Shown here piece after piece: positions 18,169 through 26,380 of a stretch of DNA of 64,000 bases. Source of the DNA: Nitrospiraceae bacterium (GTDB lineage: Bacteria > Nitrospirota > Thermodesulfovibrionia > Thermodesulfovibrionales > UBA1546). The position numbers and the translations under genes were made by a program. The DNA is taken from the NCBI GenBank assembly GCA_021373015.1, contig JAJFTJ010000014.1, positions 10,927 through 74,926 on the forward strand, written 5' to 3'. The notes under the pieces are model-generated. The model was not told where the DNA came from. It worked only from the letters and a program-made list of their open reading frames with translations, and did no database searches. How positions within the stretch are numbered: position 1 is the stretch's first letter; each line of letters starts with the position of its first letter.

Positions 18169-20376
18169 ATGGCGCATAATATTACAGCGGTTTTAATATT
18201 TGCACTCTCAATATTGTTTCAGCTGGCTGCATCTGTATATGCACTGCTTTTAATCAAGATTACCGGACGCAAAACTGCATGGATTCTTATTGCAGCAGCA
18301 ATGCTGCTCATGGCAGTACGCAGGATTTTATCTTTTATCCAACATATTATTTCAGGTCCTTCTATATCCTTTTCTGTTCCTGAATTTATAGCATTTATCA
18401 TCTCCTGCCTCATGCTTTTTGGAGTAACACGCATAGGGAATTATTTTCGTTCAATAAACGCGGCGGATCAGAAACTTAAGGAAACTGAAGAACGCTACAG
18501 ATTGTTTCTCGACCATTTCCACGGGATAGCATATCAGGGCACTCTGTTTTTTAAACCTGTTTTTTTACATGGAGCTGTCGAACCCATAACAGGGTATAAA
18601 GAAGAAGACTTTATTGCCGGACGTTTAAGATGGGATGAGATCATACATCCTGATGACCTTGTTAAAATCTCAAAGAGCATAGAAGATATCCGCACTAAAC
18701 CCTGCTGTTCTCTGGAGCGCGAATACCGCATATTAGCCAAAAACAAAAAAGTAAAATGGCTCCGTGAACACGTAAGCAACATCTGCGACAGCTCAGGGAA
18801 TCCTTTATTTGTTCAGGGAGTTCTTTACGATATAACAAGACAGAAAGAGACTGAAAAAATTCTTTATGAAACAGAGACTGCATATAATCTTATGTTTATG
18901 AATAACCCTCACCCAATGTGGATATATGACCTTGAGACTCTTGCATTTCTTGATGTGAATAACTCCGCTATAGAAAAATACGGCTACACGAAAGATGAAT
19001 TCCTCTCCATGACAATCAAGGATATCCGTCCAAGTGATGACATACCAAGACTTCTAGAGAATGTATCACAGGTTGACAACGGCCTTGACATTGCCGGGAC
19101 ATGGCGGCATAGAAAAAAAGACGGCAAAATTCTTGATGTTGAAATTATATCGCACACCATCGATTTTGCAGGCAGGCGCGCGGAGGTTGTGCTTGCACAT
19201 GATCTCACTGAACACAAAAAACTTGAAGCCAGACTTCTTCATGCTCAAAAAATAGAGGCTATTGGCCAGCTTGCAGCAGGAATAGCGCATGATTTTAATA
19301 ATATACTCACAGCAATTATAGGTTATGCCAGTCTTCTTAAGATAAAAACCCCCAAGGGCAGTCCTTTGCTGGCTTATGTAGACCCGATACTTGCATCAAC
19401 TGACAGAGCTGCAAATTTGACCAAAAGACTGCTCACATTCGGAAGAAAACAGACGATGGACATACTTCCTGTTCACCTTAATGAAATAATAAAAGAACTA
19501 GAAAGTCTGCTTGGCAGATTAATTGGCGAGAACATTGATTTAAGGACAGAGCTCACAGACGAAGATATAGTTATACTAGCAGATATTGGACAGGTGGAAC
19601 AAGTGTTTGTAAATCTTGCGACCAATGCTAGAGATGCTATGCCAAACGGAGGCCGCATAGTAATAGGAACAGACATAGTAACCATTGACGATAGATTCAT
19701 AGATATGTACAGGTATGCCAAGCCTGGAGCATATGCGCGAATATTATTCTCTGATACAGGGGCAGGCATGGATGAAGTGACAACTAAAAAAATATTCGAG
19801 CCTTTTTTCACTACAAAGGATGTCGACAAAGGCACGGGGCTTGGGCTTTCAATAGTATATGGCATAGTCAAGCAGCACAATGGATATATTCACGTATCCA
19901 GCGAACCTTCAAAAGGGACAACTTTTCAGATATATTTCCCGCTCGAAAAAATAGATGTGGCAAAATCTTATACTAAGGAGCTTTCTGCTCCTGTACATGG
20001 TGAAGGGACGATAATACTGCTTGCTGAGGATGATAAACCAGTAAGAGATCTTATCTTCTCTGTACTGAAAGAGTTTGATTACAAGGTGCTTAGCGCTGAA
20101 AATGGTGAAGAGGCAGTGAATATCTTCAATAAAAATAAAGATAGAATAAAACTGGTACTGCTTGACTTGATAATGCCTGGGAAAAGCGGAAAAGAAGCTT
20201 TTTACGAAATGAAAGCAATTAAGCCTGACATAAAAGCTATTTTCATGAGCGGATATCCTATGGATATAATAAAGAGAAACCAGTTATTTCAGGAGGGACA
20301 GGAATTTGTTTCCAAGCCTATATCACCTACTGAGATCCTTAATACTGTTAAAAAAACACTGGAAAAAATTAAATAA
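18169..20376 (+). CDS. hybrid sensor histidine kinase (TM, PAS x2, HisKA, HATPase_c, REC)
   Basis: H-box HDFNNILTAIIGY, N-box ATNARDAM, G-boxes DTGAGM and GTGLGLS, receiver LLDLIMPGKSG. Start ATG is 2 nt after the upstream stop. Confidence 0.85.
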   Translation: MAHNITAVLIFALSILFQLAASVYALLLIKITGRKTAWILIAAAMLLMAVRRILSFIQHIISGPSISFSVPEFIAFIISCLMLFGVTRIGNYFRSINAADQKLKETEERYRLFLDHFHGIAYQGTLFFKPVFLHGAVEPITGYKEEDFIAGRLRWDEIIHPDDLVKISKSIEDIRTKPCCSLEREYRILAKNKKVKWLREHVSNICDSSGNPLFVQGVLYDITRQKETEKILYETETAYNLMFMNNPHPMWIYDLETLAFLDVNNSAIEKYGYTKDEFLSMTIKDIRPSDDIPRLLENVSQVDNGLDIAGTWRHRKKDGKILDVEIISHTIDFAGRRAEVVLAHDLTEHKKLEARLLHAQKIEAIGQLAAGIAHDFNNILTAIIGYASLLKIKTPKGSPLLAYVDPILASTDRAANLTKRLLTFGRKQTMDILPVHLNEIIKELESLLGRLIGENIDLRTELTDEDIVILADIGQVEQVFVNLATNARDAMPNGGRIVIGTDIVTIDDRFIDMYRYAKPGAYARILFSDTGAGMDEVTTKKIFEPFFTTKDVDKGTGLGLSIVYGIVKQHNGYIHVSSEPSKGTTFQIYFPLEKIDVAKSYTKELSAPVHGEGTIILLAEDDKPVRDLIFSVLKEFDYKVLSAENGEEAVNIFNKNKDRIKLVLLDLIMPGKSGKEAFYEMKAIKPDIKAIFMSGYPMDIIKRNQLFQEGQEFVSKPISPTEILNTVKKTLEKIK

Positions 20377-20464
20377 AAAATGCTGACTGTTGAGTTAAAA
20401 AATATTGCATAAAAACATATCATTTGGTTTATAATTTTAATCTATTTATTTTGAAAGAGGACTT

Positions 20465-21628
20465 ATGCCAAGAACATTTAAGATAGAAAAATCTCACACA
20501 AACATTGTTTCTAAGACAATGTTGTTTAAAGCGCTCAAACATCTTGATAAAAAAAATATAACCACTCCTGTTCTTCTGATAGACAAAGAGAAGGTCAGGG
20601 AAAAAGTATCTCTTATAGGCCAGAATATAAAAAATTCAATGGTCTTTTATGCTGTTAAGGCTAATCCCGATATCCAAGTGCTTAAGTTCATTAATAAGCT
20701 GAACCTTGGATTTGAGATTGCCTCTGAAGGTGAGCTTGAAGTGCTTGCTTCCATTGGAGTTAAGTCGGACAGAATGATTACAAGCAATCCGGTTAAATCA
20801 TTCAAATTTCTGAAGATAGCGCAGTCTTACGGTGTAAATTATTTTGCCTATGATTCTTTTGACGAAGTTGACAAGATGGCAAAGTTTGTACCTGGTGCAA
20901 ATGTATATGTAAGACTTGCCGTGCCTAATGAAGGAAGTGAATGGCCTTTGAGTAAGAAATTCGGAGTAGAGCAAGATACAGCAATAAAACTTTTATCCTA
21001 CGCTAAAGAGAAGAAGCTTAACCCTGTGGGAATTACCTTTCACGTAGGTTCTCAATGCACAAATATGTACAACTGGAATTCAGCTCTTGATAAGGCAAAA
21101 ACAGTTTTTGATCTTGCATCAAAAAGAGGTCTGAGGCTGAGCTTTCTTGATATTGGCGGCGGCTACCCTATAAATTACATCAAAAATGTCGTTGGTGTTG
21201 AAACTATCGAAAAAAACATTGACAGCATTATATATGAGAGATTTCCAAAAAATGTAAAAGTCATCCTTGAACCCGGCAGATCTGTTATAGGTGATGCCGG
21301 AATATTTGCTGCATCTGTAATTGGCAAGGCTCAGAGAGACGGCGATAACTGGCTTTATATTGATGTTGGAGTTTTCAATGGTCTAATGGAAAGCATCGGG
21401 GGAATAAAATATACCTATCTTGTTGAAAGTTCAAGGGATACAAAAACCAAAAAGAAATGGACGCTTGCAGGCCCAAGCTGCGACAGTTTTGATGTCATAG
21501 ACAAAGAAATTTTTCTGCCGGAACCCGAGATTGGAAGTCTGGTGCTTATACTGGCAGGCGGAGCTTACACAATATCATATGCTTCAGAATTTAACGGGTT
21601 TTCAATTCCAAAGACAGTTCTTATATGA
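20465..21628 (+). CDS. PLP-dependent ornithine (lysine/ornithine) decarboxylase, alanine-racemase fold (group IV)
   Basis: FYAVKANPD (PLP Lys), FHVGSQ, GGGYPI, EPGRSVIGDAG, GPSCDSFD motifs. 387 aa. Confidence 0.8.
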   Translation: MPRTFKIEKSHTNIVSKTMLFKALKHLDKKNITTPVLLIDKEKVREKVSLIGQNIKNSMVFYAVKANPDIQVLKFINKLNLGFEIASEGELEVLASIGVKSDRMITSNPVKSFKFLKIAQSYGVNYFAYDSFDEVDKMAKFVPGANVYVRLAVPNEGSEWPLSKKFGVEQDTAIKLLSYAKEKKLNPVGITFHVGSQCTNMYNWNSALDKAKTVFDLASKRGLRLSFLDIGGGYPINYIKNVVGVETIEKNIDSIIYERFPKNVKVILEPGRSVIGDAGIFAASVIGKAQRDGDNWLYIDVGVFNGLMESIGGIKYTYLVESSRDTKTKKKWTLAGPSCDSFDVIDKEIFLPEPEIGSLVLILAGGAYTISYASEFNGFSIPKTVLI

Positions 21629-21673
21629 TTCAATTCTAAATTTTGAACCGTAAATTATTTTCAGGAGGATAAC

Positions 21674-22510
21674 ATGATAAAATTTTACGAAAAAGATCCA
21701 TTTGCGCCAATACAATACAGCTATGAGGTTGAAAATATTCTTTATAAAGGGAAAAGCAAATATCAGGAAATAGAAGTAATACAGAATTCTCACTTTGGTA
21801 AAATGCTTGTTCTTGACGGAGTTGTTCAGATAACAGAAAAGGATGAATTCTTTTACCATGAGATGCTGACCCAGGTAGCTCTGCATGCGCATCCTGCTCC
21901 AAAAAAAGTTATCGTTATTGGAGGCGGAGACGGCGGAGCTGTAAGAGAGATATTAAAACACAAGAGTGTTGAGAAGGTTTATTTCATTGAGATTGATGAG
22001 GAAGTCATCAATATTTCTAAGAAGTTTTTCCCAACAGTTGCCTGCGATATTGATAATCCACGAGTTGAGATAAAGTGCATGGACGGCGCTGAATTTGTTA
22101 AGGGCAGTAATGCAGATATCGATGCAGTAATAGTTGATTCAACTGATATTGTAGGTTTTGCAACAAGTCTTTTCACAAAGGAATTTTTCACATCGATTAA
22201 ACATTGTCTTACAGAAAACGGATTTTATGTAACGCTTTCGGAATCTTTGCATTTTCATAAAGATGTTGTTATAGAGGTGCAGGAAACCATGAAAAGTGTA
22301 TTCCCTGTAGTTGATATCTACACTGCACCCCTTGCTACATATGCCGGCAACTGGTGGACATTTTCAATTGCTTCAAAAAACTTGTCTCCGCGTGAGATGA
22401 GGCAAAAATTCTCCGTAAAAACAAAATATTACAGCGATGAGATACACCAGCAGGCTTTCCTCCCTAAAAAAATGTATGAAAAGCTTATGAAAAGAAAGCT
22501 GGACTGGTAA
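21674..22510 (+). CDS. speE: spermidine synthase (polyamine aminopropyltransferase)
   Basis: YQEIEV...FGKMLVLDG, YHEML, VIGGGDGGAVRE, VDSTD motifs. RBS CAGGAGG upstream. Confidence 0.9.
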   Translation: MIKFYEKDPFAPIQYSYEVENILYKGKSKYQEIEVIQNSHFGKMLVLDGVVQITEKDEFFYHEMLTQVALHAHPAPKKVIVIGGGDGGAVREILKHKSVEKVYFIEIDEEVINISKKFFPTVACDIDNPRVEIKCMDGAEFVKGSNADIDAVIVDSTDIVGFATSLFTKEFFTSIKHCLTENGFYVTLSESLHFHKDVVIEVQETMKSVFPVVDIYTAPLATYAGNWWTFSIASKNLSPREMRQKFSVKTKYYSDEIHQQAFLPKKMYEKLMKRKLDW

Positions 22511-22587
22511 GAGATTGATATTGTTCAACTATAAGCAGCGCTAATTAAAAGATAATAATTATAAAATGTAAATTTTTTGTATTTGTA

Positions 22588-22617
22588 TTGACTCCAAATT
22601 TTGTTTTCATTTATAAT
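22588..22617 (+). promoter_or_regulatory. sigma70-like promoter (TTGACT, 18 nt, TATAAT)
   Basis: TTGACT at 22588-22593 and TATAAT at 22612-22617. Implies a 5' leader of about 165 nt before the ATG at 22789. Confidence 0.45.
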
Positions 22618-22788
22618 CATCTGCCTAATTTAAGGATTTTACAAAATATGATGATTAGTATATGTCTCAAAACAGCAAGGAGTTCCTCAAATCAGAAGTA
22701 ATTTCTGTTATATTCTGAGAAAACACTGCTGAAAATACGGGCATGATAGTTGCAATAAAAAACTTTGGATGAAAGGAGGTAAAAATTA

Positions 22789-23052
22789 ATGAAAAATTTC
22801 GTGTCAATCACTACAGCGCTTGTGCTGGTGCTTGGACTCGCTTCGTTTGCTTCTGCAGCAGCGTGGGATAAGTGTGCTGCATGCCATAACGGCAATGTTG
22901 CAAAATCAACAAAAGATATTCTCATTGCAAAATACAAAACTGTTGATGAGTTCATTAAAGGTGCAAAGGCAGCAACAAACCCTATGATGAACGCATTTAA
23001 AAATAACGTGCCGGATCTTAAAGCATCTGCAGCAGAACTTGGAATTAAATAA
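22789..23052 (+). CDS. small secreted monohaem c-type cytochrome
   Basis: Signal peptide (ALVLVLGLASFASAAA), single CAACH haem-binding motif, candidate Met ligand in NPMMN. Strong RBS GAAAGGAGG. 87 aa. Confidence 0.7.
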   Translation: MKNFVSITTALVLVLGLASFASAAAWDKCAACHNGNVAKSTKDILIAKYKTVDEFIKGAKAATNPMMNAFKNNVPDLKASAAELGIK

Positions 23053-23067
23053 ATTAAGTCCTTTAAA

Positions 23068-23106
23068 TAAAAAAGGGGCAAGACTCAGGTCTTTCCCCTT
23101 TTTTGC
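23068..23106. terminator. bidirectional intrinsic terminator between the cytochrome gene and ilvE
   Basis: 13-bp stem with one mismatch (AAAGGGGCAAGAC / GTCTTTCCCCTTT), loop TCAG. A-run on the left and T-run on the right. Confidence 0.75.
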
Positions 23107-23118
23107 TTTTATTGCAGG

Positions 23119-24036
23119 TTACTTTACATATGTCAGCCAGTTGTTGTACTTCTTATTCTTTCCTTTAACAATATCAAAGAATATTGACTGTATTTTTTTC
23201 GTTATATTACCGGGAGTTCCTTTGCCTATGATCCTTCCGTCAAGTTCCCTTATCGGAGTGATCTCAGCAGCTGAGCCTGTAAAGAAAGCCTCATCAGCAA
23301 TATAAACCTCGTCACGCGTAAATCTCTCTTCAACAACCTCTATCCCCTCATCTTTTGCAATCTGCATTATGCTGTCTCTTGTTATGCCTTCAAGTATTGA
23401 GGTAAGAGGGGTTGTCTTCAGTTTGCCGTTTCTTACAATAAAAACATTTTCTCCGCTTCCTTCTGAAACATAACCTTCTGCATCAAGCAAAAGCGCCTCA
23501 TGATATCCGCATGAGACAGCTTCTTTTTTTGCAAGCTGCGAATTCACATAATAACCGGACACCTTAGCCCTGCCCATCTGTGAATCAACATGGTTTTTTA
23601 CGAATGAGGATACCTTTACTCTGATCCCCTTATTGATACCGTCATCCCCAAGATATGCTCCCCATGGCCAAGCTGCAATTGTAACAGATACCGGATTGTC
23701 CTTTGGATATAATCCCATTTCACCATATCCTATAAATGCAATTGGTCTGATATAACATTCTTTTATTTTATTTATCTTTACTGTTTCTATTATTGCCTTT
23801 TCAATTTCATCCTTCGTATAAGGAATTTCCATCATAAAAATGTGCGCTGATGAAAATAAACGTTCAACATGCTCGCGCAGTCTGAATATGGCAGGGCCGT
23901 TTTCAGTCTCATAGCATCTTATTCCTTCAAACACCCCAAGACCATAATGAAGCGCATGTGTCAAAACATGCACATTGGCATTGTCCCAATCAACAAATTT
24001 TCCATCCATCCATATTTTTTCTGTCTTCTTTAACAT
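23119..24036 (-). CDS. ilvE: branched-chain amino acid aminotransferase
   Basis: Class IV aminotransferase pattern: [47 protein letters not shown]. 305 aa. Confidence 0.9.
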   Translation of the reverse strand: MLKKTEKIWMDGKFVDWDNANVHVLTHALHYGLGVFEGIRCYETENGPAIFRLREHVERLFSSAHIFMMEIPYTKDEIEKAIIETVKINKIKECYIRPIAFIGYGEMGLYPKDNPVSVTIAAWPWGAYLGDDGINKGIRVKVSSFVKNHVDSQMGRAKVSGYYVNSQLAKKEAVSCGYHEALLLDAEGYVSEGSGENVFIVRNGKLKTTPLTSILEGITRDSIMQIAKDEGIEVVEERFTRDEVYIADEAFFTGSAAEITPIRELDGRIIGKGTPGNITKKIQSIFFDIVKGKNKKYNNWLTYVK

Positions 24037-24079
24037 AGGAATTTTATTATACCAAAACTCAAATTCAAAAAGTCAATTT

Positions 24080-25720
24080 TTACATTCTCTCCGGAGCGCT
24101 TAAGCCCAGTATTTCCAGACTGTCTCTTAGAACAATCCTTATTGCCTCACATAGTGCAAGTCTTGCATTTGTAAGTTCAGGTTCGTCTGTAACAACTTTA
24201 TATTTATGATAATAAGGATGAAACATCCCTGCAAGTTCCTGTAAATAAAATGTAATCCTGTGCGGCTCATGTGAGATAACAGCTCCTTCAAAAACCATAG
24301 GATATGAAAGCAGCTTCTTTACGATTTTTATCTCTTCAGGTTCTGTTAACAGGCTCATGTCTGCATTCTCAGGGATCTCAATCTTTATTCCCTGTGTCTT
24401 CGCATGCGAATAAATGCTGTTTATCCTGGCGTTTGCATACTGAACGTAAAAAACAGGATTTTCAGAAGACTGTGCTTTTGCAACTTCAAGGTCAAACTCA
24501 AGATGACTGTCAGACCTTCGTGTCAGGAAAATGAATTTTGTTGTATCAGCGCCAACCTCATCCATGACCTCTCTTAGAGTTACAAACTCTCCTGCTCTTT
24601 TTGACATCTGAACAGGCTTTCCGCTTCTTAAGAGCAAGACCATCTGAACAAGGAGCACCCTGAGTCTTTCTCGCGGATAACCCAGAGCCTGGATTACCGC
24701 CTTAACGCGCTCTATATAACCATGATGGTCAGCTCCCCATATATCAATAAGCTCATCAAATTTTTTTTCTATCTTTTTTCTATGGTACGCAATATCAGAT
24801 GCAAAATAAGTGTATTCCCCGTCTTGTTTGATTAAAACCCTGTCTTTATCATCGCCAAAGTCAGTTGCCCTGAACCAGACAGCGCCGTCTTTTTCATATA
24901 TATATCCATGTTTTCTTAAATCATAAATTGCTTTTTCAATTTCGCCGTTTTTATAAAGGTCTTTTTCACTTTGCCATACATCAAATGTTATCCCGAAATC
25001 CCCAAGATCTTTTTTAATGTCTGTTAGAGAAGATTTATATGAAAACTCCGTGAAAAAATCTCCTGCCTCTTCGAATGTTGCAGATGAATATTTACTTCCC
25101 TCTTTTTCAATAATTTTTTGAGCAATATCTTTTATGTATTCTCCCTTGTAACCTTCTTCCGGGAAGGGATAATTTACACCAATCAGTTCTTTATATTTTG
25201 CAAATACTGACAGTGCAAGAAGACGCACCTGTCTGCCGGCATCATTAATGTAATACTCCTTATCAATCTTGTAACCTCCTGCTTTAAGCAGGTTTGCAAG
25301 CGCCTCTCCAAATGCAGCGCCTCTGCCATGTCCGAGATGCAAAGGTCCTGTAGGATTCGCACTCACAAACTCAATCTGGATTTTTTTACCTTTGCCGATA
25401 TCTTCTCTTAAAAACTTCGAACCGTTTTTAATTAATTGCTTTATCTCTGAGTTCAAATAATTTTTTGAGAAAGTAAAATTAATAAATCCTGGTCCTGCAA
25501 TCTCGATTTTCTCAAAAATATTTTTTTTATCAATTGCATTTACTATCTCTTCTGCAATTTTCTTTGGAGGTTTTTTAAGATTCTTTGAGAGAGTCATTGC
25601 AACAGGCGTAGATAGATCGCCAAAAGATTCTTCTCTTTGAAGTTCTATTATTATTTCATCTTGATCAATACCAAGCTTCTTAAATGCTTCAAGAATTGTG
25701 TCTTTTAGCTGTTTTTTCAT
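24080..25720 (-). CDS. argS: arginine--tRNA ligase
   Basis: HIGH-type motif PTGPLHLGHGRGA, MSKRAG (KMSKS-like), and C-terminal anticodon-binding region ending ...APERM. Confidence 0.93.
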   Translation of the reverse strand: MKKQLKDTILEAFKKLGIDQDEIIIELQREESFGDLSTPVAMTLSKNLKKPPKKIAEEIVNAIDKKNIFEKIEIAGPGFINFTFSKNYLNSEIKQLIKNGSKFLREDIGKGKKIQIEFVSANPTGPLHLGHGRGAAFGEALANLLKAGGYKIDKEYYINDAGRQVRLLALSVFAKYKELIGVNYPFPEEGYKGEYIKDIAQKIIEKEGSKYSSATFEEAGDFFTEFSYKSSLTDIKKDLGDFGITFDVWQSEKDLYKNGEIEKAIYDLRKHGYIYEKDGAVWFRATDFGDDKDRVLIKQDGEYTYFASDIAYHRKKIEKKFDELIDIWGADHHGYIERVKAVIQALGYPRERLRVLLVQMVLLLRSGKPVQMSKRAGEFVTLREVMDEVGADTTKFIFLTRRSDSHLEFDLEVAKAQSSENPVFYVQYANARINSIYSHAKTQGIKIEIPENADMSLLTEPEEIKIVKKLLSYPMVFEGAVISHEPHRITFYLQELAGMFHPYYHKYKVVTDEPELTNARLALCEAIRIVLRDSLEILGLSAPERM

Positions 25721-25784
25721 AGATGATAAGTTTAAACTTCATTATTATTAAAGTCAAACAAAGGATGCATATATTCTCTTCAAC

Positions 25785-25814
25785 TTGACATGCCAAGAAC
25801 ATTTAAGTTATTTT
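25785..25814 (+). promoter_or_regulatory. candidate promoter of the tRNA-5S unit
   Basis: TTGACA at 25785-25790, 18-nt spacer, TATTTT at 25809-25814. A second TATAAT lies at 25884-25889 without a good -35. Confidence 0.4.
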
Positions 25815-25902
25815 ATTTAACTTTTGCAGGCTTATACAGTCTCAGAACTGTGTTAGTTGCAATGTTTTTGGGCTGATAGTGGGTATAATATAGACACTGT
25901 AT

Positions 25903-25979
25903 GGGCCTATAGCTCAGAAGGTTAGAGCGCGCGCCTGATAAGCGCGAGGTCGATGGTTCGATTCCACCTAGGCCCACCA
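25903..25979 (+). tRNA. tRNA-Ile (anticodon GAU), CCA encoded
   Basis: Hand-folded cloverleaf: acceptor GGGCCTA/TAGGCCC, anticodon loop CTGATAA, T-loop TTCGATT. One A-C mismatch at T-stem pair 50:64. Confidence 0.9.
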
Positions 25980-25993
25980 TATAGCACCATTTA

Positions 25994-26069
25994 GGGGGTG
26001 TAGCTCAGTTGGGAGAGCGCCTGCTTTGCAAGCAGGAGGTCATCGGTTCGATCCCGTTCACCTCCACCA
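25994..26069 (+). tRNA. tRNA-Ala (anticodon UGC), CCA encoded
   Basis: Acceptor GGGGGTG/CACCTCC with the G3:U70 Ala identity pair, anticodon loop TTTGCAA, T-loop TTCGATC. U-U mismatch at pair 50:64. Confidence 0.9.
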
Positions 26070-26070
26070 C

Positions 26071-26100
26071 TTGACATTCTTAAAACAATGGTGGTAATAT
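26071..26100 (+). promoter_or_regulatory. promoter-like element in the tRNA-Ala/5S spacer
   Basis: TTGACA at 26071-26076, 18 nt, TAATAT at 26095-26100, about 25 nt upstream of the 5S 5' end. Confidence 0.35.
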
Positions 26101-26124
26101 TTTTACTCATCAGAAATCAAAGTT

Positions 26125-26240
26125 TCTGGTAGCGTTACCGGAGGGGCAACACCCGTTCCCATCCCGAACACGGAAGTAAAGTCCTCCAGGGCCCATGATA
26201 CTATGACCGCGAGGTCATGGGAAAGTAGGTCGCTGCCAGA
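26125..26240 (+). rRNA. rrf: 5S ribosomal RNA
   Basis: Helix I pairing TCTGGTAGCG / CGCTGCCAGA. Universal CCCGTTCCCATCCCGAACACGGAAGTAAAG and GGGAAAGTAGGTCGCTGCCAG segments. 116 nt. Confidence 0.9.
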
Positions 26241-26249
26241 TTAAATAAA

Positions 26250-26283
26250 AAACCCGAATTAAAAATTCGGGTTTTCTTTTTTT
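26250..26283 (+). terminator. intrinsic terminator after 5S rRNA
   Basis: ACCCGAA / TTCGGGT stem with an A-rich loop, followed by TTTTCTTTTTTT. Confidence 0.8.
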
Positions 26284-26380
26284 GATTTCATTTTGCATTC
26301 TTGACATTCAAACAACTCTATGCTAATTATGAAGTAAGCATATTTGATTTGATCTAATCTTTTTGTAAAAAGGACTGCAA

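Noticed and set aside
20465-22510. The ornithine decarboxylase + spermidine synthase pair lacks an adjacent S-adenosylmethionine decarboxylase (speD/speH).
   Set aside because: Absence from a 64-kb window says nothing about the genome, because speD is often unlinked. Not treated as a finding.
25857-25889. Second tRNA-unit promoter (TTGCAA ... TATAAT at 25884-25889), like tandem P1/P2 rrn promoters.
   Set aside because: The -10 hexamer is perfect, but the only -35-like hexamer is 21 nt away and there is no TGn extension. Noted but not annotated as a separate feature.
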